Of a stretch of DNA of 25,388 nucleotides, positions 1 through 8,800 are shown piece by piece (positions within the stretch are counted from its first letter, which is position 1; the number at the start of each line of letters is the position of its first letter). The translations under genes were made by a program, and so were the position numbers. Source of the DNA: a virus (lineage: Duplodnaviria; Caudoviricetes); the IMG/VR virus record IMGVR_UViG_3300022895_000170, positions 1 through 25,388 of that record; one strand, written 5' to 3'. Under the pieces are notes generated by a model, which was not told the DNA's origin, did not search any database, and worked only from the letters and a program-made list of their open reading frames with translations.

Positions 1-759
1 TGACGCAGCTGCTTTTGCTTCTACAATGTTATAGGCTGTGTTAATGCCGACAATATCTAGGATGGCAAATGGTCCAAGTGGCGCTCCTGTACCAATCATC
101 CATGTTTTATCAATTGTTTCTGGATCAGCCACTTCTTTTACGAGTAGAGATTCAGCTGCATCTAAAAATGGTACAAGTAATGAATTTAAAATATAGCCTG
201 GCTGCTCTTTATATAATGGTAGTGGCACCATGCCGATTGCACGAGCAAATTCTACGACTTCATCGAATACCTTCATATCTGTGACTGGGTGTTTCATAAT
301 TTCAGCAGTGTTGTTTTTCCAAATTGTGTTTGCGAAATGAAGTGCTAAAAACTTTTCTGGGCGGCCAGTTGCTTCAGCAAATTGGCTTGGCAATAATGTA
401 GAAGAGTTTGTAGCGAAAATAGTTTTCGCAGGTGCTACTTTACCAAGATTAGTGTAAAAATCAGTTTTAATTTTGACCACTTCAGGGATTGCTTCGATGA
501 TAAGATCAGCATCTGCAACCGCTTCCGCAAGATTGCTTTTAAATGTTAGGCGAGCATATGCCGCATCTACTTCTTCCTGTGAGGCCCCTAAATCTTGCTG
601 ATAAAATGGTTTTAATTTTGTGATCCGATCCTGCGCATTTTTCAAAGCTTCATCATTAATATCGTAAACCGTTACATTAAAGCCTTTAAAAGCTGTTTGA
701 TAGGCAATCTGACTACCTAATACTCCGCTACCTGCAACTGTAATGTTTTGATAATTCAT
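1..759 (-). CDS. 3-hydroxyacyl-CoA dehydrogenase (5' part; runs off the window)
   Basis: Not in the ORF track. Manual minus-strand translation gives MNYQNITVAGSGVLGSQIAYQTAFKG (Rossmann GxGxxG), then LIIEAIPEVVKIK, IFATNSSTL and FLALHFAN, typical of the 3HCDH family. RBS GAGGAGG just upstream; alternative ATG at 762. Confidence 0.93.
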   Translation of the reverse strand, partial: MNYQNITVAGSGVLGSQIAYQTAFKGFNVTVYDINDEALKNAQDRITKLKPFYQQDLGASQEEVDAAYARLTFKSNLAEAVADADLIIEAIPEVVKIKTDFYTNLGKVAPAKTIFATNSSTLLPSQFAEATGRPEKFLALHFANTIWKNNTAEIMKHPVTDMKVFDEVVEFARAIGMVPLPLYKEQPGYILNSLLVPFLDAAESLLVKEVADPETIDKTWMIGTGAPLGPFAILDIVGINTAYNIVEAKAAAS

Positions 760-946
760 CATGAATTCCTCCTCTGATATTATTACATTAATATAATAGT
801 GTGGATATGTACTGCCTCTCTTGTTACAACTCCATACTACTTCTTCCGATATAAAAAAATCAAATGAAAGACTCAGTTATTATAATGATATAAAGAATTT
901 GCCTTTTGACTTGAAAATCTCTTTTTCAAGTATGTGTTTTAAACAT

Positions 947-976
947 AAAAAAATGTCACAAAAAAAGTGACATTTT
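947..976 (-). terminator. Intrinsic terminator after the 975-1616 gene
   Basis: Perfect inverted repeat AAAATGTCAC-N7-GTGACATTTT (950-976) with an A-run on the left, giving a U-tract on the minus strand. Confidence 0.75.
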
Positions 977-1616
977 ATGGGCTTTCAATGGCTGCTAGTG
1001 CTTTATCCATTTGGCGTTCATTATATTTAATTGTATTGCTATTGCTTGATTCGATTCCTCTCAAAACATTATTAGAATTTTGATAAAATCCATAGACAAA
1101 ATCATTAATAGGTGTTTCTTCATCCCCATAATATCTATTAATAACATATGCCTTAAAAATATTGCTTAATAAATAGGTTTCATCTTTTATATCCGCTAAA
1201 TATTTTTTGTTTTTATACTCAGCTATAATGTAATTCTCAAATTCTTTAATTTCAGCCTTTGTCGAAGGATATTTTTTAGCATAAGCTACAATAGTATCGA
1301 ATTTTTCAGTAGGTGTATTGTTAAGACCAGCAATCTCTTTCACTTTATCTTGCCAAGTTACATCGTCTGACGTTTCAATCTTCGCCACAGGCTTTTCTTC
1401 TTGCTTCTCTTTTTTAGGAGTTTCAGCATTATTAAGTCCAAGTTCCCCTACTGCAATGAAACACAAAATAAAAATGACAATTGAGATGCCAGTAAATTTC
1501 AACATTTTTATAGCTTTGATTTTATCCAACTTTATGAAATTAAAAATGGCAAGAAGCAAAAAGATCGCAGCTATGAAACCACTTAGTAGAAATATCCCTA
1601 CTAATATATTAATCAA
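975..1616 (-). CDS. Membrane-anchored hypothetical protein downstream of the repressor (immunity/superinfection-exclusion position)
   Basis: 213 aa. Two N-terminal hydrophobic segments, a K/E-rich linker and a soluble C-terminal domain. RBS GAAAGGGGGT before TTG. Function inferred from position only. Confidence 0.75.
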   Translation of the reverse strand: MINILVGIFLLSGFIAAIFLLLAIFNFIKLDKIKAIKMLKFTGISIVIFILCFIAVGELGLNNAETPKKEKQEEKPVAKIETSDDVTWQDKVKEIAGLNNTPTEKFDTIVAYAKKYPSTKAEIKEFENYIIAEYKNKKYLADIKDETYLLSNIFKAYVINRYYGDEETPINDFVYGFYQNSNNVLRGIESSNSNTIKYNERQMDKALAAIESP

Positions 1617-1742
1617 GTATTTAACCCCCTTTCTTTTGTGTAAATAAACTTAATTTTCTATTTATCCAATATTTTAATGTAATGAATGAAACAACCTGTG
1701 AGTTACACTTGGTTCTATTTTTAATATTTTGTACTTAAACAA

Positions 1743-2375
1743 CTAGAGTGTAACTTTAAAACTGACAGCTTTTCCGATAATTTTAGCAGGATTATTTTCG
1801 TCCACAATATAAGGTTCATGTTTTGGATTATCTGGCATAAGTAAAATGGTTTCACCCTGTTTTTTAACACGTTTTAGTGTTGCTTCAGTATCTCCATTTA
1901 CAAGTACAGCTGCTATTTCACCATATTCGACTTCACTTTGTTCCCTTATCAAAACTTTAGAGCCATTTGGTATAGTCGGCTCCATTGAGTCCCCTTTAGC
2001 AACTAAAGCGAAAATATTCCCAGTTGGTAATAACTCGGAAAATTCATACATATAGCCTTCTACATTTTGTTGAGCTAGAATTGGCTCTCCACAAGCAATT
2101 GTACCTAGGATAGGAATTTTTACGAAATTTGGCTGTACCTCTATTAAATTAGTAGGTTGCTCTTCCGTTAAATCGGAGCGTCTAATATTGAAGTAGTTCG
2201 CCATTAATTGAATTTTATCCGGTCTGGGGTAAGTGCTGGCTTTCATCCAGTTAGAAACAGTTGTTTCAGGAATATTTAAATCTCTTGCCATATCTGTTTG
2301 ATTCAAGCCTCTTTTATCTAATTGCAGTTTTAGGTTTTTTGAGAAAACAATTTTTAGTTTATCTGAGTTTTCCAT
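1743..2375 (-). CDS. CI/LexA-type repressor (XRE HTH + S24 autopeptidase)
   Basis: HTH LNQTDMARDLNIPETTVSNW, cleavage loop IPILGTIACG, catalytic Ser (GDSMEP) and Lys (EATLKR). RBS AAAGGAGGTG favours ATG 2375 over GTG 2387. Confidence 0.93.
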   Translation of the reverse strand: MENSDKLKIVFSKNLKLQLDKRGLNQTDMARDLNIPETTVSNWMKASTYPRPDKIQLMANYFNIRRSDLTEEQPTNLIEVQPNFVKIPILGTIACGEPILAQQNVEGYMYEFSELLPTGNIFALVAKGDSMEPTIPNGSKVLIREQSEVEYGEIAAVLVNGDTEATLKRVKKQGETILLMPDNPKHEPYIVDENNPAKIIGKAVSFKVTL

Positions 2376-2399
2376 ATATTCATGCACCTCCTTTTAATA

Positions 2400-2428
2400 A
2401 TAATACTTATAAAAAGTAGTGATGTAAA
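2400..2428 (-). promoter_or_regulatory. Putative sigma-A promoter for the repressor
   Basis: Minus strand TTTACA (2428-2423)-N17-TATTAT (2405-2400), overlapped by an operator-like site at 2403-2419. Confidence 0.5.
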
Positions 2429-2613
2429 CTATAAAATACCTTTTAAAAGTATTTTATCTTGACTATACCGTTTAAAGGTATTATAGTGTAATTAATTAAA
2501 TATTATATTTAAAGAAAATCTTTAAAAACAAGGGAGGTTATTTTAATGCAAAATAAAAACATACATAAAAAAAGGTATAATATTAAACAAAAAATACCGT
2601 TTAAAGGTATTAT
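2403..2613. promoter_or_regulatory. Array of 17-bp palindromic operators, ATAC-N9-GTAT
   Basis: 2403-2419 ATACTTATAAAAAGTAG; 2436-2452 ATACCTTTTAAAAGTAT (within a longer palindrome 2431-2457); 2465-2481 and 2594-2610 are identical, ATACCGTTTAAAGGTAT (20-bp exact direct repeat). Confidence 0.8.
2459..2487 (+). promoter_or_regulatory. Rightward sigma-A promoter (early/lytic direction)
   Basis: TTGACT (2459-2464)-N17-TATAGT (2482-2487). The 17-bp spacer is exactly one operator. Confidence 0.8.
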
Positions 2614-2629
2614 CTGCAGATGTAAATGA
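2546..2629 (+). CDS. 27-aa basic mini-ORF in the cro position (cro remnant or leader peptide)
   Basis: RBS AAGGGAGG then ATG. Translation MQNKNIHKKRYNIKQKIPFKGIICRCK*. Contains the 2594-2610 operator. Confidence 0.4.
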   Translation: MQNKNIHKKRYNIKQKIPFKGIICRCK

Positions 2630-2798
2630 ATTACTTTCACAAATTTCTAATAGTGCTAAACAAGAATGATTTTCTATTTGGGGTAAATATTCATCTTTAA
2701 AACAATTTTAATCATTTAAAATACATAATATTTTTTATAGTAGGAAATTGATTCAGAAAAGGTATAACAAAAAATAAAAATAAAAGTGGGTGCTATGC

Positions 2799-3200
2799 AT
2801 GTACGATTGGTTACGAGATTATCAGCAAATTCAAGAGGAAATAGCATATTTAGAATATAATCTTGAGAGATCACAGAAAGAATTAAAAAGATGGGTGAAT
2901 GGTGATTTAGTTGGGGTAAGACTTACGGCTGATTCTGATGGTGCAAAACTTGAGGAACGTATTGAACGGATTGATCGGGAGTTGCAAGTTAAGCTCTTGG
3001 AACAAAAAAATATTTTAGAGCTAATTAATAGATTTAGTGGGTTAAATCATAAAATATTAAAATTGAAATATGTAGATGGAATGACATTAGAAGAAATAGC
3101 TGAAATTTTAAACTACAGTGCAAGCTATATTTATAAAAAACATGCGGAGATTGCTAAAATGATAAAGTTTGCTCATGAAATAAAACTTACACATTGTTAA
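2799..3200 (+). CDS. Phage late-gene transcriptional activator (RinA/ArpU-like, sigma70 region-4-like C-terminal HTH)
   Basis: N-terminal coiled coil and C-terminal KILKLKYVDGMTLEEIAEILNYSASYIYKKH. Lies immediately upstream of the structural operon. Probable start ATG 2799 (ORF track 2790). Confidence 0.82.
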   Translation: MYDWLRDYQQIQEEIAYLEYNLERSQKELKRWVNGDLVGVRLTADSDGAKLEERIERIDRELQVKLLEQKNILELINRFSGLNHKILKLKYVDGMTLEEIAEILNYSASYIYKKHAEIAKMIKFAHEIKLTHC

Positions 3201-3311
3201 TAAATTTGCAGAGGCAAGATTCCTGAAATAGGACAGAGGTTCAAACGAAATTTAAGAAAATGTTTATAACTTGTGGTTGGCACATAAATTAATTAGCAAG
3301 CTTCACTCCAG

Positions 3312-3357
3312 AAAAGCGTTAGAAATCAATTTTAAGACATTGATTTCTAGCGCTTTT
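3312..3357. terminator. Long hairpin / bidirectional terminator between activator and late region
   Basis: 19-bp stem AAAAGCGTTAGAAATCAAT / ATTGATTTCTAGCGCTTTT (one G-U pair), 8-nt loop. Confidence 0.7.
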
Positions 3358-3434
3358 AAGGTTTAGACCAGATTTTGTCCCAGCTTCTTCTATTGGAATT
3401 AATGTAGATGTTTTAAATAGATCTTTCTTTTTAT

Positions 3435-3604
3435 TGACACTCAGTAGTATGAATAGAAAGGGTTGGAAATCCGTTATATGATGGTAGTGTAAAAGTTTGA
3501 ACAATAAGTATTTAACTAATAAAATAGCTTTCCTTCCACTGACACTTAGTAGTATGAATAGAAACTCTTGAGATTCCATTATATGATGGTAGTGTAAAGA
3601 TTTG
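3435..3604 (+). repeat. Two 65-bp direct repeats (3435-3499, 3540-3604); putative activator-dependent late promoters
   Basis: 55/65 identical by manual alignment. Conserved blocks TGACACT-y-AGTAGTATGAATAGAAA and TTATATGATGGTAGTGTAAA (contains -10-like TATGAT; no good -35 at 17 bp). Confidence 0.8.
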
Positions 3605-3639
3605 TTGCTGATTAATTATTATATTAAAGTAAGCTTGGA

Positions 3640-3665
3640 ACCACTCAAATTCGAGTGGTCTTTTT
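3640..3665 (+). terminator. Terminator-like hairpin in the late leader
   Basis: ACCACTC-aaattc-GAGTGGT followed by CTTTTT. Confidence 0.6.
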
Positions 3666-3697
3666 ATAGCTCAAAACTTTTGAAGGGAAGTGTGTAG

Positions 3698-4006
3698 ATG
3701 GAGCCAATATATGCAAAGTGCAATAAATCCTGTGGTCATAAATTCTATATACAACATTTTAAAAAAGACAGACTAGACCATGCAATTGAAAAAACCTATT
3801 TTTCTTGTCCAAAATGTGGTCGAGAGTATATATGTTTTTATACTGATGAAAGTACACGTAAACTTTATGCAGAATTAAGAGAATTACATCGGGAAATGAA
3901 GTGGATTGATAGAAATGGGTTAGAGAGGCTGAAGAAGAAGGAATCAACTTTGAAACAAATGATTTCAAACAGTACGGCTGGTGTTAGAAAAATGATCGAA
4001 GGCTAG
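3698..4006 (+). CDS. Small phage protein with putative zinc ribbon and C-terminal coiled coil
   Basis: 102 aa. CNKSC ... CPKC cysteine pairs. RBS GAAGGGAAG. Confidence 0.75.
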   Translation: MEPIYAKCNKSCGHKFYIQHFKKDRLDHAIEKTYFSCPKCGREYICFYTDESTRKLYAELRELHREMKWIDRNGLERLKKKESTLKQMISNSTAGVRKMIEG

Positions 4007-4059
4007 ATGATAAGCACCTTGAAAGGAGGTGAAACAATTGAATAAGCGAGAAAAAATAG

Positions 4060-4103
4060 AAACGTCTACTGATTTCTCATCAGCAGACGTTTTTTGTTTT
4101 TTT
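4060..4103 (+). terminator. Intrinsic terminator-like hairpin upstream of the tail genes
   Basis: AAACGTCTaCTGAT-ttctc-ATCAGcAGACGTTT followed by a long T-tract. Confidence 0.7.
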
Positions 4104-4246
4104 AAAATCACTCACTGTCAGCAAACACTATTGGAATTATTACTTTATTTTAGAAGTGCAATATTTCAAATGCTGAAGGGAGACATTTTCTGAATTTAAT
4201 ATGCTTGTTCGATACTTTATCTCATACACGAAGATAGGAGAAAAAT

Positions 4247-4591
4247 ATGATAGATCTAATGAATCATATACCTACTATTTTAGAGCCATTAGGTCTGCCC
4301 GTTATTTTTAATGGATTTCCTACAGGTTCAACAAAACCAAACCAGTTTATCACTTTTTTAGAAATAAGTGCGAAGCCAGTTTTTGAAGCTGGCGGTATTG
4401 AAGTTGAAACAGAGCGGCTTATACAAATGAATGTATGGTCTAATTCGAATTTTCATCAGATTGTAGAAAGCATTAAACAATTGATGGGAAATGCAGGCTT
4501 TGAACGTACTCTAGAATATGATGAACCTTATACAGCTAGCGAAACTTACTATAACAGGGTATTACAATTCGCTTTCTTTGATGAAAAATAA
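4247..4591 (+). CDS. Tail terminator/completion protein (SPP1 gp17 / lambda gpU-like)
   Basis: 114 aa, directly upstream of the major tail gene. Pattern FITF...IQMNVWS...IKQLM..AGF.R...YYNRVLQF. Confidence 0.75.
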   Translation: MIDLMNHIPTILEPLGLPVIFNGFPTGSTKPNQFITFLEISAKPVFEAGGIEVETERLIQMNVWSNSNFHQIVESIKQLMGNAGFERTLEYDEPYTASETYYNRVLQFAFFDEK

Positions 4592-4614
4592 TAAACAATT
4601 AGGAGGTCATGTAA

Positions 4615-5190
4615 ATGACAACAGTAAATGAAAAACCACAAAAAATTAGCTTAAAACGTATTCACTATGCACTAATGACAAATGAGCAGACAGAGACATG
4701 GGGTGAAGTGAAAACTTTAACGATGCCTATTTCCTTGACACTTACACCAAACTTTTCAGAAGCACATTTAGATGCAGGTGATCGAGTAGTAGATCAGGAA
4801 GCGCAGTTGGATTCAATTACTATTGCAGGAGAAACAGCTGATTTACCAACTGATGTGCTAGTAGATTGGTATGGACATAAAAAATCTGCAGAGGGTGGTA
4901 TTATTACAAATGCAAATGATACACCTAACTCGATTGCAATTGGCTTTGAATCAGGATCTAAGCTGGTTTGGCTATTAAAAGCAAAATTAAAACCAGGTGA
5001 AGAAACAAATACAACTCGTAAAAAAGGTGAAACAAGTTACAAAGTATATCCATTTGGTGGTGAGGCATTACCATTGATTGATGGTGTTATTAAACATACA
5101 GTAGATACACGAGATGTAGGGGTAACAGTAACAGCAGAAACATTCTTTAAATCTGTTGCAAAACCAAATGAAACAGTAGAAACACCATAA
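4615..5190 (+). CDS. Major tail tube protein (siphophage, phi13-like)
   Basis: 191 aa. ISLKRIHYALM, LPTDVLVDWYG, IAIGFES, VWLLKAKL motifs. RBS AGGAGG. Confidence 0.88.
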   Translation: MTTVNEKPQKISLKRIHYALMTNEQTETWGEVKTLTMPISLTLTPNFSEAHLDAGDRVVDQEAQLDSITIAGETADLPTDVLVDWYGHKKSAEGGIITNANDTPNSIAIGFESGSKLVWLLKAKLKPGEETNTTRKKGETSYKVYPFGGEALPLIDGVIKHTVDTRDVGVTVTAETFFKSVAKPNETVETP

Positions 5191-5196
5191 TTAGAG

Positions 5197-5227
5197 AGAA
5201 GCCCTTTAAAGGGTTTCTTCTTTTTTT
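5197..5227 (+). terminator. Terminator after the major tail gene
   Basis: AGAAGCCCTT/AAGGGTTTCT stem followed by TCTTTTTTT. Confidence 0.7.
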
Positions 5228-5312
5228 GTTGCAGGTAATCAACATTGAGGGTTGAGCAAATAAAATTTGGCAAATGGTTTAAAAAAAGGCTACTGAAAAG
5301 GATGGATGAGAT

Positions 5313-5636
5313 ATGCAAATAACATTAAAGATAGATGGACAAGAGAAAATATTTTCAAATGATTTTGTAAAAGCACGAGTTTTCCGTAATGCTTTAAAAA
5401 TGAACGAAAAAATGCGTAAAGAAGGCAATGAAATTTCAGTTGAAACATTTGATGAAATGATTTCCTTTGTTGTTCACGTATTTGATAATCAATTCACAAT
5501 TGATGATGTATGGGATGGCCTAGAAGCTGGAAAATTGCAGGAAGAAATTATGCGCGTGTTCAATAATGTGCTGAATATTGGTGGGCTTGAAACTAAACCT
5601 GTCCAGAATAATGATGAGGGAAAGTTAGTGGTATAA
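5313..5636 (+). CDS. Tail assembly chaperone (gpG-like)
   Basis: 107 aa between major tail and tape measure genes. FVVHVFDNQFTIDDVWDGL motif. Slippery site near the 3' end. Confidence 0.85.
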   Translation: MQITLKIDGQEKIFSNDFVKARVFRNALKMNEKMRKEGNEISVETFDEMISFVVHVFDNQFTIDDVWDGLEAGKLQEEIMRVFNNVLNIGGLETKPVQNNDEGKLVV

Positions 5637-5794
5637 CGCCTTACCAACAAATTAAAGCATTTTATCGAGAATTAATAAAAGAGGGTTACAAATTACATGA
5701 AGTTGACGAAATGGATATTCATTTTTGGTTTGAACTTACAGGTGATTTCGATGAAATATATGAGGTTACAGCCGATGAAATTTCATGGTTGTGA
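5313..5794 (+). CDS. Tail assembly chaperone long form (gpGT-like) via -1 programmed frameshift, ~160 aa
   Basis: G GGA AAG at 5618-5624 in the correct phase. The -1 frame stays open to TGA 5792-5794: VSGITPYQQIKAFYRELIKEGYKLHEVDEMDIHFWFELTGDFDEIYEVTADEISWL. Confidence 0.85.
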
Positions 5795-5816
5795 TAGACA
5801 AAGGCGGTGATAGGGA

Positions 5817-8800
5817 ATGACGGAAATTGGTCCAGTTGAGCTAAGACTAAATACTTCTAATTTTGATGGATCCATTGAACAATCTATACGACATTTGACT
5901 GCAATGGGTGCAGAATTACAGGCTATACAAGCACTTGGCAATGAATATGAAAATTCCATAGAGGGCTTATCACAAAAGCATGATGTACTTACAAGATCAG
6001 TTGAGGCGTCAAGATTTAAATTGGGTGAGCAACGTAAAAAATATGATGAATTGCTTGCCTCCGGAACAGCAAATACAGAAGCTCTTGAACAACAAGCAAT
6101 TGCAGTTAATGAAGCTGTTGCTGAATATAATCGTTTAAGCACACAATTGACGGACGTTGATAATCAATTAGGTGCACAAACATCAAAATGGAACAAATTT
6201 CAGGAGTTTGGTGGAAAAGTGAAATCTGTTGGAGAAAGCATATCCACAGTTACAGCTCCTATAAAAGATTTTGGTGCTTATGCCCTAAATGCAGCAATCG
6301 ATTTTGAAAGTGCTTTTACTGGGGTTCGTCAAACAGTAAATACTAGTGAGGAAAATTTTAAAAAGCTTGAAGATGGTATAAGAGGTATGGCTAAAGAGCT
6401 TCCAGTTAGTGCTACAGAAATTGCGGGAGTTGTTGAATCAGCTAGCCAATTAGGAATTGCTGAAGAACATCTTTTATCTTTTTCCCGTACAGTAATCGAT
6501 ATGGGAAACTCTACAAGTATGACTCGAGAGCAGGCAGCAAAGGAATTTGCTGATTTTGCTAACATTGTGGGTATGGGACAAGGTGATTTTGATCGACTAG
6601 GCTCTTCAATTACTGAGCTTAGTAGCACTATGGGAATTGCAGCCTCTGACATCATGTCAATGGGAAAGGGATTTGCGGAGCAAGCTTCAAAAATTGGTTT
6701 AACAGAAGCGCAAATTATGGGGTTAGCTGCTACAATGTCCAGTCTAGGTATTGATGCTGAAACTGGAGGAGCAGCAATGTCTTCGGTTTTCCAAAAAATT
6801 CAGAAAGCAGTGGGTGATGGTGGAGAAAGTTTATCTGGATTTGCGAAGGCTGCTAACATGTCTAGTGCAGATTTTAAAAAAGCCTTTGAAACAGATGCAG
6901 CCTCTGCGTTAGATGCATTAGTGAAGGGATTAGCTGAAACATCAGAGGGAGGTGCTAATCTAAAAAGCGTGCTTGCAGATTTAGGTGTAAGTGGAAACGA
7001 AACGGATGTACTTTTGAGCATGGCGGGTGCCTCTGATTTACTTACATCAGCTGTTAATTCATCTTCAGCTGCCTGGAAGGAAAACACAGCTTTATCAGAT
7101 AAAGCAGCTGAGCGTTATCAAACTACAGAATCTCAAATAGCAATCATGAAAAACCAGCTTGTAGATGTTGGGATAAGCATAGGAAAAGTGTTAATTCCCA
7201 TAGTTCAAAAAGTACTTGATATCTTTATACCATGGATAGAAAAGTTTAGTAACCTATCCTCTGCAACACAAAATACAATTGTCATTATTGGAGGATTAAT
7301 TGCTGCTATTGGTCCTTTATTAGTTGTTGGAGGAACATTAATTTCAAGCATTGGGTCAATCGTTACAGCAATTGGTGGATTTTCAATGGCAATAGGTGCA
7401 GCAGGGGGAGCAACAACTGCTTTAGGAGCAGCATTAGCATTATTATCTGGGCCTGTAGTTATAGCAGCTACTACATTAGCTGGTATTGGGATAGCAGCAT
7501 ACGCAGTAGGTCGTGATCTTAATGAATCCTCTATCCAGATTGAGGATTGGAAAACTAAAGTTTCTGAATCTACCGCAGAATCTGTTGGAAGCTTTTTGGA
7601 ATTATCCGATCAAGCAACAGTGGCACTTAATCAGTTGTCATGGTCTGGTCAAGCAGTGACAGAAGAAATGGCAGCTAATATGGTATCCATCTATAACGAG
7701 ATGGGTGATCAAGTGCTAGCGGAAATGCAATCTGATCATGCTCAAGAATTAGAAGCAATGCAAAATCACTTTGCTTCAAGCAGTGCCTTAACCGAAGAAC
7801 AAGAAGCGAGTATTCTAGAACGTGTTGCTCAAAGTCAGAATGAACAACAGCAAGTAATTACAGATGGCAAGGCAAGAATTGCAGAAATTTATCAAAGTGC
7901 AGCTGAAAACAATAGAAGCATCACAGAGATTGAGCAACAAGAAATCGACATTATTCAACAGACGATGAAAGAAAATGCTATAAAGCATCTTTCTGATAGT
8001 GAAGTTGAGCAAAAGATTATTTTAGAAAGTCTAAAAAATGAAGCATCAAAGATTTCGGCAGAACAAGCTGCTCAAGTTGTACAAAATTCGTTGGAGCAAA
8101 AAGAGGGTGTAATAAAAGATGCTGAGGATCAATACAACGAAATATATAAATGGGCAATAAGACAACGGGATGAAACAGGGGCAATGTCTGCGGAAGAGGC
8201 ACAAGCTGTTATTGACGAGGCTAAACGTAAACGTGATGAAATAGTTAAAAATGCTGAAGATATGCACCAAAAGGTTGTTAATGAGGCACAAGTACAAGCT
8301 GAAGAACATGTTAATATGGTGGACTGGGAAACTGGAGAAATAAAATCAAAATGGAGTGTTTTTTACCAAAATATTGTGAGCAAAGCTAAAGAAATTGGGA
8401 CATCTATTGGGAATACTTGGAGTAACTTGTTGTCTGCTACAAAAAATAGATTCAGTGAAATTAAAGAATCAGCAGCAGAAAAATTTAGTGCTTTGTCTAC
8501 ATCTATAGAAAGAATCATAAACAACCTTCCAACTATTTTTCAAAAAGCTTTCAAAGGAATTCTTTTATTTTTATCAAATTTTAGTTTGGTGAAAATAGGA
8601 GCCGAGATTGTTAATGGACTAATAAAAGGAATAGGTAACAAACTTAAAGAACTTCGATTAATCTTTGATACGATAGGAAATCTTATTCCAAATTGGTTAA
8701 AGAAAAAATTAGGTATTAAATCTCCTTCACGTGTTATGCAGGCTCTAGGTGTAAATATTGGAGAAGGTTTAGCAATTGGAATTGAACAAGGCTGTGAGGG

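Noticed and set aside
69-284. 71-aa plus-strand ORF
   Set aside because: Shadow of the minus-strand 3-hydroxyacyl-CoA dehydrogenase.
2561-2578. Fifth operator ATACATAAAAAAAGGTAT
   Set aside because: The spacer is 10 rather than 9 nt in very A-rich sequence; may be chance or degenerate.
2388-2798. Host LexA (CGAAC-N4-GTTCG) SOS box
   Set aside because: No match found by eye. The palindromes present have a different consensus that fits the local repressor.
3319-3579. 86-aa minus-strand ORF with repeated FLFILLSV
   Set aside because: Artefact of the promoter duplication; no RBS.
3435-3604. CRISPR array
   Set aside because: Only two 65-bp imperfect copies, too long for CRISPR repeats, no cas genes, and a promoter-like context.
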